DNA of 64,000 nt, from contig JALFUR010000014.1 of assembly GCA_022784465.1 (NCBI GenBank), forward strand, positions 64,645-128,644, written 5' to 3'. The stretch comes from Christensenella sp. (GTDB lineage Bacteria > Bacillota > Clostridia > Christensenellales > UBA3700). The notes under the pieces were generated by a model, which worked only from the letters and a program-made list of their open reading frames with translations, had not been told where the DNA came from and did no database searches. Below, one piece after another: positions 39,643 to 52,044 of this stretch (position 1 is its first letter; every line of letters begins with the position of its first letter). A program made the translations under genes and the position numbers.

Positions 39643-40878
39643 TTATTTTTTCTTTAATTTTGCAATATAAAAACCATCTTGGCCTTTGCCATTTGGCAAA
39701 TATTGAGTTTCTTTCAATAATTCAAATTCTTCATTATGCTCTTGCATAAACTTTTTAATTATGTCGCTATTTTCTTGTTTTAAAATTGTACAAGTAGAAT
39801 ATACTAATATTCCACCTTTTTTCACATACTTGCTTGCATTTGACAAAATTTTAAACTGAATTTCAGCAAGAGATAAAATATCTTCTTTATTTATGCCCAA
39901 ATAAACATCAGGTTTTCTATCTTTAACTCCAAGGCCAGAACAAGGCACATCACATAAAACTTTATCAAAACGAGAATCAAATGCTTCATTATATATTGTT
40001 GCATCATTTTTTAATACTTCAATACCTTTTGCTTGCATTCTTTTTATATAACTATTTATTAATTCAAGCCTATGGTCATATATATCACATGAAACAATTT
40101 GAACATCTTTTATCTCTGAAAGATATACACTTTTTCCTCCAGGCGCTGCACACAAATCTAAAACAATATCTCCATCCTTTAGATCCATCTCTTCACAAGC
40201 AATCATAGACGTTCTTGATTGAACAGTAATTTTGCCTTGCGCGTACAATTCTTTCATTATTTTCTTATATTTAGTATAAATCGCATTTGAAGTAGACTCG
40301 TCATATTTCAATCTAAATTCGCTCATAACTCCAAGCAATTCTTTCATTGAATATGTTCTTGAATTAATTCTAATATGCTCATATACATATGTAGAAGGTT
40401 TTAAAATCTGTTTTGCTGTAGATAAACCATATTGGTCAATATACTCTTTTACTAGCCATAAAGGAGTGGAAGTACTTACAGATAATGCCTCAATTTCATC
40501 ACTTGGCAACACGCCTTTCCAAGTTACAAATTTCTTTAGCGTAGCATTGACAAAACCCTTTAACTCCATCTTGCCAATTTTTGCTGTTAAATCTACAAGT
40601 TTATTTACTATTGCATATGATGGAATTGAATCCATATATTTTATGCAATACATTCCCATTTTTAAAATGATATAAATTGGCGCTTTTGGCTTTTTTGAAG
40701 TCAATTGAGAAATATAGTATTCAAGTTCAACATTTTTCTCTAATACTCCATATACAAGTTTTGTAACAAACTCTTTGTTGCTTGCTTCAGACAAATTGTT
40801 AGACAATTCTAGCGATGCAAACGCCTTGTTTTGAAATATTGAATATAGAGTTCTATAACTAACCAAATAATCTTGCAT
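39643..40878 (-). CDS. rsmB: 16S rRNA m5C967 methyltransferase
   Basis: The motifs DLCAAPGGKS and DVPCSGLG and the catalytic TCT are present. Confidence 0.9.
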   Translation of the reverse strand: MQDYLVSYRTLYSIFQNKAFASLELSNNLSEASNKEFVTKLVYGVLEKNVELEYYISQLTSKKPKAPIYIILKMGMYCIKYMDSIPSYAIVNKLVDLTAKIGKMELKGFVNATLKKFVTWKGVLPSDEIEALSVSTSTPLWLVKEYIDQYGLSTAKQILKPSTYVYEHIRINSRTYSMKELLGVMSEFRLKYDESTSNAIYTKYKKIMKELYAQGKITVQSRTSMIACEEMDLKDGDIVLDLCAAPGGKSVYLSEIKDVQIVSCDIYDHRLELINSYIKRMQAKGIEVLKNDATIYNEAFDSRFDKVLCDVPCSGLGVKDRKPDVYLGINKEDILSLAEIQFKILSNASKYVKKGGILVYSTCTILKQENSDIIKKFMQEHNEEFELLKETQYLPNGKGQDGFYIAKLKKK

Positions 40879-41795
40879 TACTCTAATATAACTCCTTCAA
40901 TTTCATTGCCCAAGATAAAGGCCTGCGAAGTCATTCTTTTTTTACCCTCAATTTGAACTTCTTTTAATTCAATTGCTCCATCTGAGCATTTAACAAATAC
41001 TTTTTTATCTTTAATAAACATATATCCATTTGGATAATCTAACTTCATTGGTTCTATATCGCATGTCCATATTTTAAATAGTTTTTTATTAAAATAAGAA
41101 AATGCACTTGGCCATGGATTCATGCCATATACTTGATTTTTAATCTCTATAGCTTTTTTAGACCAATCAATATGTCCATCTTCTTTTTTTAGCATAGAAA
41201 CATGAGTAGCTTTAGACTCATCCTGAGGCGTAAACACAGCTTTACCTTGTTCAATCAAATCCAATGCTTCAAGTAGAGCTTCTGGTCCAATCTGAGAAAG
41301 TCTATCGAATAATTCACCTGCCGTCTCATTCTCTTTTATATCAATTTTCTTTTGAAGAATTATATCCCCACTATCAACGCCTAAAGCAGTTTTCATAATA
41401 GTTATTCCAGTTTGGCTTTCACCATTAATAATTGCCCACTGAATTGGAGATGATCCTCTATATTTTGGAAGCAACGAAGCATGAACATTTATTACGCCAA
41501 ATTTTGGAATATCTAATATTTCTTGAGAGATGATTTGCCCGTATGCGCATGTTACCATAACATCGGGATTTAATCTCTTTAAATCTTCTATGCCTTCTAC
41601 CTTTATTTTCTCATATTGTAATACTTCTAAATTATGCTTTAAAGCCTCTTCCTTAACAGGAGAAAAAGATATTACATTTCTATCTCTTTTTTTGTCAGGC
41701 TGAGTAACAACAGCCAAAACTTCATGTTTTGACTCAACAAGAGCTTTTAGTGTTGGCACAGCAAAATCTGGGGTTCCTAAAAATACTATTCTCAT
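40878..41795 (-). CDS. fmt: Methionyl-tRNA formyltransferase
   Basis: It begins MRIVFLGTPDFAV and carries NVHASLLPKYRG. Confidence 0.96.
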   Translation of the reverse strand: MRIVFLGTPDFAVPTLKALVESKHEVLAVVTQPDKKRDRNVISFSPVKEEALKHNLEVLQYEKIKVEGIEDLKRLNPDVMVTCAYGQIISQEILDIPKFGVINVHASLLPKYRGSSPIQWAIINGESQTGITIMKTALGVDSGDIILQKKIDIKENETAGELFDRLSQIGPEALLEALDLIEQGKAVFTPQDESKATHVSMLKKEDGHIDWSKKAIEIKNQVYGMNPWPSAFSYFNKKLFKIWTCDIEPMKLDYPNGYMFIKDKKVFVKCSDGAIELKEVQIEGKKRMTSQAFILGNEIEGVILE

Positions 41796-42238
41796 TATTT
41801 TTTAAATTCCTTATCATAAAACAATATTCCATCTAAGTGATCAATTTCATGACAGAATATTCTAGCAATAAAATCCTTAACTTCTATTTCTTTTTTATTT
41901 CCATTTCTTGTTTGATAAACACATGTAAGTTGTGTTGGACGTTTTACATTGCAAGATTTACCTGGGCATGATAAACATCCTTCAGGACCAACATCTTCGC
42001 CTGATGTCTTTGTAATTACAGGATTCACAAGTTCAATGAAAAAATCCTCATATAAAATTATGCAAATTCTTTTCATTATTCCAACTTGAGGAGCAGCTAA
42101 ACCTACACCATCAGCTTTTTTCAAGGTGTCTTTCATGTCATCTAAAAGTTTGTGTAATTTTTCATCAAACACGTCAACTTCTCTACATTTTTTTCTTAAT
42201 ATTGGGTTTCCATCTTTTGTAATATCTCTTATTGCCAT
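41795..42238 (-). CDS. def: Peptide deformylase
   Basis: The motifs GVGLAAPQ, EGCLS and HEIDH are present. Confidence 0.96.
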   Translation of the reverse strand: MAIRDITKDGNPILRKKCREVDVFDEKLHKLLDDMKDTLKKADGVGLAAPQVGIMKRICIILYEDFFIELVNPVITKTSGEDVGPEGCLSCPGKSCNVKRPTQLTCVYQTRNGNKKEIEVKDFIARIFCHEIDHLDGILFYDKEFKK

Positions 42239-42246
42239 ATGCTTAC

Positions 42247-44442
42247 CTACATCAAGCTTTGTGGGTCTTGTTCCACAAAAATACTTGCCTTTTCTTTTCC
42301 TATATTTTCTATTATCTCATATAAATCGTTTAATGTGCTCATTTCTGTTTCTTTTTTTATTCTCATGATTATTTGATATCTATGATTATCTTTAATCATA
42401 TTTATTGGAGCTTCATTTCCTGCAAGAGAAATAATCTTTTCCTCTTTGTCTGATTTTTTATAATCAGCAATTTTTGTATAAACAACCCTAGCCACATCTC
42501 TTGCCTTTTCTCTTTTGTCCGATACAACAAGAATTCTAACAATGGAAACAAAAGGAGGAAATTGAGTAAGTTGTCTAATATTTTCTTCTCTTTTAAAAAA
42601 GTTCTCGTAATCGTATTCTATAGCAAATTTATACACATAATTTGTAGGTGAATAAGTTTGCAAAATAACTTTTCCTTCTTTATCTCCTCTTCCCGCTCTT
42701 CCAGACATTTGAGTAACTAATTGAAATGTTCTCTCGTTGGACCTAAAATCTTGTTGATAAAGCCCTAAATCTGCATCTACTAAGCCAACAAGTGTAACAT
42801 TTGGAAAATCATGTCCTTTAGCAATCATTTGCGTTCCAACAAGAACTTGCGCTTTATTATTAGAAAAATCATCCAATATTTTAACTGTTTGATCTTTATG
42901 AGCTTTTGTATCAGAATCAAGTCTTAACGTCTTTACATTTGGAATAACTTTCTGTAACTCAGAAACTACCCTTTCTGTGCCCATTTTACCAAAAATTAGA
43001 CTTGTATTTCTACACGATGGGCATTGATTAATCATCTTGTATTTTGTACCACAATAATGACAAACAAGTTTTCCTTCTGCTTTATGATAAGACAAAGTTA
43101 CATCACAGTGCTCGCATTTAGGCACGTAACCACATTTTGAACATCTTACAAATGAAGAATAGCCCAATCGATTTATGAGCAACATGGCTTGATTGCCTTC
43201 GTTTATCGTTTTGTTTAAATTGAATATTAGCTCTCTAGAAAACAATGAATTATTGCCACATAAAATTTCATTTTTCATATCCACAATACTAATTTGTGGC
43301 ATTCCTTTCTTTGAAATTCTATTTGGCATTTTAATCAATTCATATTCACCTTGTTGAGCTTTTTGATAAGTCTCAATGGACGGAGTAGCACTTCCAAGTA
43401 CAACTTTTGCGTTGTTATAATGCGCTCTAAATTGAGCAATTTCTAAAACTCTATATCTTGGATTAGATTCAGATGTATAACTTGTATCATGCTCTTCATC
43501 TATAACTATCAATCCAATATTTGATATTGGCGCAAAAATGCCAGATCTAGCTCCAACTACAATTTTAGCTTTTTCTTGTTTTATCTTTTGCCATTCATCA
43601 AATCTTTCGCCCTCATTTAATCCGCTATGAATCATGGCAACTTTATCGCCAAAAACACCTCTAAAATTATTAAGCATTTGCGGTGTTAGCGAAATTTCAG
43701 GAACTAAAATAATTGCACTTTTTCCTTCGTTTAACACTTTTTTTATAGCTTCTATATATACTGCAGTTTTACCTGATCCTGTTACTCCATGTAAAAGAAT
43801 TGTTTCTTTATTTGTATTAAAAATAGTTTCAAGTGCTTTTTCTTGATCTGAAGTTAAATTGTATTCCTTTTTTAAACCATTAATTGAACTAAATGGAACT
43901 CTATCAACAGCTTTATTTGATTTTATTAGATACCCTTTTTCAATTAAACTATTAATAGATTCGGCGCCATATTTTCCTGAAAGTTCATTAAAAAATTCGC
44001 CATCTTCTTTAATGTTTTTTATAACTTCTATCTGCTTTTTAGCTCTTAAAGAAAGTCCTTCTAAAATTTCTTGTCTTGTAAACTTTGGATTTAAATAAAT
44101 ATATTTTCTTTCAAGTCCTATATTTGTTTGTTTTTTTCTAACAGCACTTGGAACAAACAATCGTATTGTATCTATGTATTTTAGAAAGAATCTTTTTCGC
44201 ATGTATTCAAGCAATTGGAGCATTTCATCGCTTAAACATTTTTGCTCAATTACTCTTATTATACTTTTTGTTTCAAAATCTGATTGCTCTACTATATCCA
44301 AGCAAAAAGCACCAATATTTTGCTTACCAAATGGAACAAGCAATCTATCTCCTTTTTGAACAATTAAATTATCTGGAATATAGTAATCAAAAGTTTTATC
44401 AATACCGTTTGAACTTCTATCAATAATTACCTTTGCAATCAT
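42247..44442 (-). CDS. priA: Primosomal protein N' (replication restart helicase)
   Basis: It has GVTGSGKT, DEEH and a Cys-rich zinc insertion (CSKCGYVPKCEHC...CHYCG...CPSC). Confidence 0.95.
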   Translation of the reverse strand: MIAKVIIDRSSNGIDKTFDYYIPDNLIVQKGDRLLVPFGKQNIGAFCLDIVEQSDFETKSIIRVIEQKCLSDEMLQLLEYMRKRFFLKYIDTIRLFVPSAVRKKQTNIGLERKYIYLNPKFTRQEILEGLSLRAKKQIEVIKNIKEDGEFFNELSGKYGAESINSLIEKGYLIKSNKAVDRVPFSSINGLKKEYNLTSDQEKALETIFNTNKETILLHGVTGSGKTAVYIEAIKKVLNEGKSAIILVPEISLTPQMLNNFRGVFGDKVAMIHSGLNEGERFDEWQKIKQEKAKIVVGARSGIFAPISNIGLIVIDEEHDTSYTSESNPRYRVLEIAQFRAHYNNAKVVLGSATPSIETYQKAQQGEYELIKMPNRISKKGMPQISIVDMKNEILCGNNSLFSRELIFNLNKTINEGNQAMLLINRLGYSSFVRCSKCGYVPKCEHCDVTLSYHKAEGKLVCHYCGTKYKMINQCPSCRNTSLIFGKMGTERVVSELQKVIPNVKTLRLDSDTKAHKDQTVKILDDFSNNKAQVLVGTQMIAKGHDFPNVTLVGLVDADLGLYQQDFRSNERTFQLVTQMSGRAGRGDKEGKVILQTYSPTNYVYKFAIEYDYENFFKREENIRQLTQFPPFVSIVRILVVSDKREKARDVARVVYTKIADYKKSDKEEKIISLAGNEAPINMIKDNHRYQIIMRIKKETEMSTLNDLYEIIENIGKEKASIFVEQDPQSLM

Positions 44443-45620
44443 AGCAAATTAATCTCATCTAAAATAACATTTGCTACATCTTTCTTTAACATCTTTGGAT
44501 ATGTCTTTTCCTTAGATTTTGAAATAATTGTAACAATATTTGTATCAACATCAAATCCTGCTCCTTCTTGTGTTACATCGTTTGCAACAACCATATCAGC
44601 ATTTTTTGATTCTAATTTTTTCTTTGCATTTTCAATTAAATTAGTTGTTTCAGCACAGAAAATAACAAGCTTTCTATTTTCTTTAACCCTGCCAACTTCT
44701 TTTGCGATATCTGGGTTTTTAACTAGATTCAAAACAAGTTTATCACCCTTTATTTTGTTATCAAATGTTTCTTCAAGTGCATAATCACTTGGAGCCGCAG
44801 CCTTGATAATTACATCACAACTAGAATAATTATCCATAACTGCTTTTAACATTTGTTTAGTTGTTTCTACAGAAACAATGTTTGTTATATAACTTGGAAT
44901 TGCACAAGTTGTTAAACCTTTTACCAAAACAACCTCGCCTCCTCTATCCATAATAGATTTAGCAATTTCAATTCCCATTTTTCCAGAAGATTTATTTGTT
45001 ATATATCTAACGCCATCAATTGGTTCTCTAGTTGCTCCACAAGTAACTAAAACTTTCTTTCCTATATAATCATTTTTTGGTCTTAAAATTTCTACTACCT
45101 TATCTACAATTATTTTAGGATCAGCAAGCTTACCTATACCTGTATCTCCACAAGCTAATCTGCCGGATTCTGGATCAACAAAAATAAATCCTCTATCTTT
45201 TAATATTTGAATATTTTTTTGTACTACTTCATTTAAATACATTGCACTATTCATTGCAGGAGCAATGACTATTGGACAAGTCATAGCTAAGGCAGTTGTT
45301 GATAACATATCATCTGCTATTCCTTGCGCTAGCTTTGCTATAACATTAGCAGTAGCCGGTGCAATTAAAAATAAATCAGATTTTTTTGCCAAAGAAATAT
45401 GCTTAATATCAAAGTTCTTTTTCTTGGCAAATGTATCAACACTTACTGGTCTTCCAGATAACGATTCAAAAGTTAATGGCTGAATTAATTTTGTTGCATT
45501 TTTTGTCATGACAACATCAACCTCAGCCCCTAGCTTTTTTAGGCGCGAAACTATATCACAAGCTTTATAAGCTGCGATACCTCCTGAAACTCCTAGCGTA
45601 ATATTTAAATTATCAAGCAT
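44439..45620 (-). CDS. coaBC: Bifunctional phosphopantothenoylcysteine decarboxylase / synthetase
   Basis: It has the flavoprotein N-terminus GVSGGIAAYK and a CoaB C-terminal half. Confidence 0.93.
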   Translation of the reverse strand: MLDNLNITLGVSGGIAAYKACDIVSRLKKLGAEVDVVMTKNATKLIQPLTFESLSGRPVSVDTFAKKKNFDIKHISLAKKSDLFLIAPATANVIAKLAQGIADDMLSTTALAMTCPIVIAPAMNSAMYLNEVVQKNIQILKDRGFIFVDPESGRLACGDTGIGKLADPKIIVDKVVEILRPKNDYIGKKVLVTCGATREPIDGVRYITNKSSGKMGIEIAKSIMDRGGEVVLVKGLTTCAIPSYITNIVSVETTKQMLKAVMDNYSSCDVIIKAAAPSDYALEETFDNKIKGDKLVLNLVKNPDIAKEVGRVKENRKLVIFCAETTNLIENAKKKLESKNADMVVANDVTQEGAGFDVDTNIVTIISKSKEKTYPKMLKKDVANVILDEINLL

Positions 45621-45826
45621 TATTCTACTGGATTTACTTTTACAACGTATGAACCATTGTATATTTCTTCAGCTGCTTCTTGGATAGACTTCTTTCCTGT
45701 AGAAGCTAAATATTCTTTTTCGTTTTCCTTTGTTTCAAGTTCTTTTGCTCTTTTTGCAACACCAACAACCAATGCATATCTACATGGTGCCTTCTTAATT
45801 AGTTTATCAATAGGTGGATTAATCAT
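45620..45826 (-). CDS. rpoZ: RNA polymerase omega subunit
   Basis: It is 68 aa, shows RpoZ-type sequence (RYALVVGVAKRAKEL) and sits between gmk and coaBC. Confidence 0.88.
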   Translation of the reverse strand: MINPPIDKLIKKAPCRYALVVGVAKRAKELETKENEKEYLASTGKKSIQEAAEEIYNGSYVVKVNPVE

Positions 45827-45827
45827 T

Positions 45828-46481
45828 TTATATACCTCCGTTTGTTAATCTTTCTATAAAATCTTTATTATTTTTAGATAGACATCTCTCAACTCTTTCC
45901 TCATCTTCTTGGGAAATATCTAATCCTTTTTGCTTTTTCAAAACAGCTAAAATGTCATTTTTACAATCTACAATATCTTCATTTATTACGATATAATCAT
46001 ATTTTTCAGCTTGCTTTATTTCTCCTAAAGCTCCTTGACATCTTACCTTAAATGTTTCCTCACTTTCACTACCACGACCAGCAAGTCTTGACTTTAGTAC
46101 TTCGATGCTGTTTGGACAAATGAAAATTGTACACACATCTTTATATTGCTCTTTAACCTTCATAGCACCTTTAACATCTATCTCAAGCATAACATCAAAA
46201 CCTTTGTCTAATTTTGAAAAAACTTCACTTTTTAAAGTGCCATAATAATTGCCAAATACTTCTTCTGTCTCTAAGAAACCATCTTCCTTTAAAATCTCCT
46301 TATATTCATCAAGGGTCTTAAAATGATAGTTTACGCCATTAATTTCGCCATCTCTAGGTTGTCTTGTTGTTACAGATACAGAAAATGCCAAATTTGAATA
46401 CACTTTTCTTAACTCTTTTACAACTGTTCCTTTTCCAGCTCCACTTGGCCCTGATAAAACAATTAATATTCCTTTTTCCAT
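45828..46481 (-). CDS. gmk: Guanylate kinase
   Basis: The motifs SGPSGAGKGT and TTR.PR.GE are present. Confidence 0.95.
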   Translation of the reverse strand: MEKGILIVLSGPSGAGKGTVVKELRKVYSNLAFSVSVTTRQPRDGEINGVNYHFKTLDEYKEILKEDGFLETEEVFGNYYGTLKSEVFSKLDKGFDVMLEIDVKGAMKVKEQYKDVCTIFICPNSIEVLKSRLAGRGSESEETFKVRCQGALGEIKQAEKYDYIVINEDIVDCKNDILAVLKKQKGLDISQEDEERVERCLSKNNKDFIERLTNGGI

Positions 46482-46490
46482 TGTGGCCTC

Positions 46491-47372
46491 TTATTCTATA
46501 TTTTGAATTTGTTCTCTAACTTTTTCTATTTCGTTTTTAAGCGAAATCACTAATGATGAGATCTCAATGTTGTTACACTTGCTTCCGCAAGTATTGGCTT
46601 CTCTATTCATTTCTTGAACAATAAAATCCAATTGTTTTCCAACATTTCCACCATTTTTTATTATTTGTCCAAAATGATCTATATGAGTCTTTAGTCTTTG
46701 AATTTCTTCATCAACACATACCTTGTCTGAATAAAAAGCTACTTCGTTTAGCATTCTAGCTTCATCAATAGCAACATCTTGAAGCATCTCAGATATTCTT
46801 TGGCGAACTTTTTCAAAATGTTCTTTTACCATATTTGGCGCTAATGTTTCAATCTTTGAAACAATATCTGAAATTGTAGATAATTTATCTATAAAGTCTT
46901 GCTCCATTAACAATCCTTCTTTTGTTCTCATAGCATCAAGTTTTGTAATAGAATCATTTAATGCATCTTTTAAGACAGACTCTAAAAACGACTCATCGTC
47001 TTCTTCATTAGATATTTTTATTACATCCGGTAAAATTAACAATTGATATGCGCCTAAATTATTTTCTACAAACAAATCTTTATGCATTTGTTGAGCAGAT
47101 TCTAAATACGCATTTGCTATCGAAGAATCATATGTTATTTGTTTTCTTGTTTCTCTTTTGTCTTCATAAGAAATCAAAATATCAAAATGTCCTCTTGCAA
47201 AGTTTTTCTTTATTTCTTTTCTAATTGTGTCTTCGGCAAAATTAAAAATTTTTGGCAATTTAATGGTCAAATCCAAAAATCTATGATTAACAGTTTTTAT
47301 TTCAACAACAACTCTTAATCCATCTTTTTCGCAAATGCCTTTGCCATAGCCTGTCATACTCTTTATAGACAT
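46491..47372 (-). CDS. yicC: YicC-family stress-induced protein
   Basis: It begins MSIKSMTGYG and has a DUF1732-like C-terminus. The 16 codons upstream in the track (to 47420) lack an SD and look spurious. Confidence 0.88.
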   Translation of the reverse strand: MSIKSMTGYGKGICEKDGLRVVVEIKTVNHRFLDLTIKLPKIFNFAEDTIRKEIKKNFARGHFDILISYEDKRETRKQITYDSSIANAYLESAQQMHKDLFVENNLGAYQLLILPDVIKISNEEDDESFLESVLKDALNDSITKLDAMRTKEGLLMEQDFIDKLSTISDIVSKIETLAPNMVKEHFEKVRQRISEMLQDVAIDEARMLNEVAFYSDKVCVDEEIQRLKTHIDHFGQIIKNGGNVGKQLDFIVQEMNREANTCGSKCNNIEISSLVISLKNEIEKVREQIQNIE

Positions 47373-47571
47373 ACATATCCTCACGTGCACGTATAATACA
47401 AAATATATTAGCACATGCAAAAATATTTAACAAGCGCATGAGCACATTTAAAATTAAATATATTGCCATATGCACCAATTTTGTAAAAAAATACCACTTC
47501 TTATGCTATGTATAGCCATCAAAGTGGAATTTACTTTTACAAATTAATGTCATGTAAAATCATTTTTTTAA

Positions 47572-49527
<1,956 letters not shown>

Positions 49528-49531
49528 TCAC

Positions 49532-51736
49532 CTATTTAACAATTTCTATTGGAGCTAGTCTTAAATTAAACTTTTTAACACCTAAAACTGGGAATGAAAT
49601 ATCTCCATTTTCCCCACTAATAGCAACGATTGTTCCTTCTCCATACCTTGCATGCTTTATAGTTTGTCCAACTTTAAATACGGAAACATCCTTATTTACA
49701 GATGGAGTAATTTGCGTTTTAGCAAAAGATGGTGTTGGCCTTGCTGCTATTTTTGAAAAATCTATTGTTGTCTTTCTTGTATCTCTTCCTAACTCTTGAC
49801 TGCTATATTGAGATATATTCGTTCTAATCAATTCCGCCTCTTTTAAAAATTGAGATGGAATACTTGGTTGCTTTTGACCAAATCTATATCTTTCTCTAGT
49901 ATAAGTAAAAGTAAGTTTTTCTTTAGCTCTAGTTATAGCCACATACATGATTCTTCTTTCTTCTTCGATTTCTTCAGGAATTGTGCTCGATCTTAAAATT
50001 GGGAAGATACCATCTTCACAGCCAGCAATATACACACATGTATATTCTAGCCCTTTTACCCCATGAACAGTGGCAATTGTAACTAAATCGTCTGCGCCCT
50101 CTTCTTCTTTATCATCAGAAGATAATAAAGTTACAGACTGCAAATATTCGGATAGTGACGAATGTGGATTGTCTTTGTAGTACTCTTTAGCAGATGAAAT
50201 TAATTCGTTGATATTTTCTAATCTTGTTATATCTTCATCTTCATCCTTATTATACATTTGGCCAAAATCTACAACCTCATTAACATAGTCTATATAGTCA
50301 TCAAGTGGTATATCTCTTTTTTCTACCATAGAATTAACAAGCGCAGAAAATGGTTGAACTCTTTTATATGTAGATGCTGGCAAATCTAATTCGTCTATTC
50401 GCCTTATTCCTTCAAATAAAGATAAAGACTTTGCCTTAGCTGCTTGTCTAACTTTTTCTACAGCTCCATCTCCAATTCCTCTTTTTGGAACGTTTATAAC
50501 CCTTAAAAGACTTTCTTCATCTGCAGGATTAGAAATAAAATTCAAATATGCCAAAAAATCTTTAACTTCTTTTCTTTCATAGAATTTTCTTCCACCAATT
50601 AACTTGTATGGAATGTTATATAAAAGTAGAGCATCTTCAATACTTCTTGTTATTGATGTAGTTCTAACTAATATGGCAAAATCTTTGTTTTGATAATTAT
50701 TGTATCTTTTTAAAGAAATAATTTGCCTTGCAATATAGTCCGCTTCTTCTCTTTCATCATTAAGCTTTATGCAGTCTACCCTAACGCCGTCAGATCCATT
50801 TGTCCAAAGCTCTTTTCCCATACGCAAGTTGTTGTTTTTAATAACTTTATTAGCAATACCTAAAATAGCTTTTGTACTTCTGTAATTTCTTTCAAGTTTG
50901 AAAACTTGACATCCCAAAAATTCGTTTTTAAAACGCCTAATATTTGAATAGTCTGCACCTCTCCAGCCATATATACTTTGATCATCATCGCCTACTACAA
51001 ATACATTTTGGAACTTCATTCCAAGAAGTTTTAAGATTAAATATTGAATTTTATTTGTGTCTTGAAACTCATCAACATGAATATATTGATATCTATTTTG
51101 ATATGAATCTAATACATCTGGTCTTTCTTTAAACAACCTTAGAGTCATAATTAAGATGTCGTCAAAGTCTAAAGCATTATTAATGACTAATTGCTTGTTA
51201 TATTCCTCAAATATTTCTTTTATTTTTGCGCCTTTTTCTGTACCCATCAATCTAATTGAATAGTATTTATCTGGGGTAAAATCAAAATTCTTTGCATAGG
51301 AAATATGATTTCTTACTTCTTTTACAAAGTTTTTCGAAACCTCTTCATCATCTTGATATTTTTCTTTGATTATTCTTTTTACAAGTTGATTTGAAGTATC
51401 ATCATCATAAATTGTAAAGTTTTTTGTAAACTCACCTAATGCCTCTATATCTTGTCTTAATACCTTAGCACAAAAAGAGTGAAATGTAGATATTTGAAGG
51501 TTAGATTGCCCTGTAACACCTTCTATTCTATCTTTCATTTCTTGTGCAGCTTTATTTGTAAATGTAATTGCAAGAATGGAATATGGACTGACACCCATTT
51601 CAATCAAATGAGCTATTCTATAAGTCAACACTCTTGTTTTTCCCGAACCTGCCCCAGCTAAAACTAATACTGGTCCTTCTGTCGCAAAAACAGGTTTTAA
51701 TTGTTCTTCATTTAATAATTTTTTATAATCTATCAT
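49532..51736 (-). CDS. pcrA: ATP-dependent DNA helicase PcrA (UvrD family)
   Basis: It has the SF1 motifs AGAGSGKT, DEFQDT, YRS and VHGVKGLE, and it is paired with ligA. Confidence 0.95.
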   Translation of the reverse strand: MIDYKKLLNEEQLKPVFATEGPVLVLAGAGSGKTRVLTYRIAHLIEMGVSPYSILAITFTNKAAQEMKDRIEGVTGQSNLQISTFHSFCAKVLRQDIEALGEFTKNFTIYDDDTSNQLVKRIIKEKYQDDEEVSKNFVKEVRNHISYAKNFDFTPDKYYSIRLMGTEKGAKIKEIFEEYNKQLVINNALDFDDILIMTLRLFKERPDVLDSYQNRYQYIHVDEFQDTNKIQYLILKLLGMKFQNVFVVGDDDQSIYGWRGADYSNIRRFKNEFLGCQVFKLERNYRSTKAILGIANKVIKNNNLRMGKELWTNGSDGVRVDCIKLNDEREEADYIARQIISLKRYNNYQNKDFAILVRTTSITRSIEDALLLYNIPYKLIGGRKFYERKEVKDFLAYLNFISNPADEESLLRVINVPKRGIGDGAVEKVRQAAKAKSLSLFEGIRRIDELDLPASTYKRVQPFSALVNSMVEKRDIPLDDYIDYVNEVVDFGQMYNKDEDEDITRLENINELISSAKEYYKDNPHSSLSEYLQSVTLLSSDDKEEEGADDLVTIATVHGVKGLEYTCVYIAGCEDGIFPILRSSTIPEEIEEERRIMYVAITRAKEKLTFTYTRERYRFGQKQPSIPSQFLKEAELIRTNISQYSSQELGRDTRKTTIDFSKIAARPTPSFAKTQITPSVNKDVSVFKVGQTIKHARYGEGTIVAISGENGDISFPVLGVKKFNLRLAPIEIVK

Positions 51737-51835
51737 AGTAGGGATATTATAGCATAAGAAAGTGGCTTTAAGGACAAAATATATGCATTATTTTTATAAA
51801 AATTAAATGCGTTTATGTCGGGCTTAATTCTTTAT

Positions 51836-51880
51836 AGCATAAAAATAAAGCCAAGGTTGAAATCGCTCAACTTTGGCTTT
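51836..51880 (-). terminator. Intrinsic terminator closing the two-gene islet operon
   Basis: A 14-bp stem (aaagccaaggttga / tcaactttggcttt, with one G-T pair) is followed on the minus strand by tttattttt. Confidence 0.8.
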
Positions 51881-52044
51881 GCTGATATATACAATTTTTC
51901 CCGTTTACTTCCGGTTTTCTTTGTTCCACCCACTACCGGCCTAAAAGGCGATATATTTGGAGGATTATTATATCAACTAAAAGAGTGTCCATAAAATGAA
52001 ATAGCTACTGCTCACATTTATTTTCTCTTTTATTTTAGTTACAA

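Noticed and set aside
47400-47440. A TTAGCAC word upstream of yicC that resembles the left half of a CIRCE (HrcA) element.
   Set aside because: The matching right half (GAGTGCTAA after a 9-nt spacer) is absent, so this is not a CIRCE operator.
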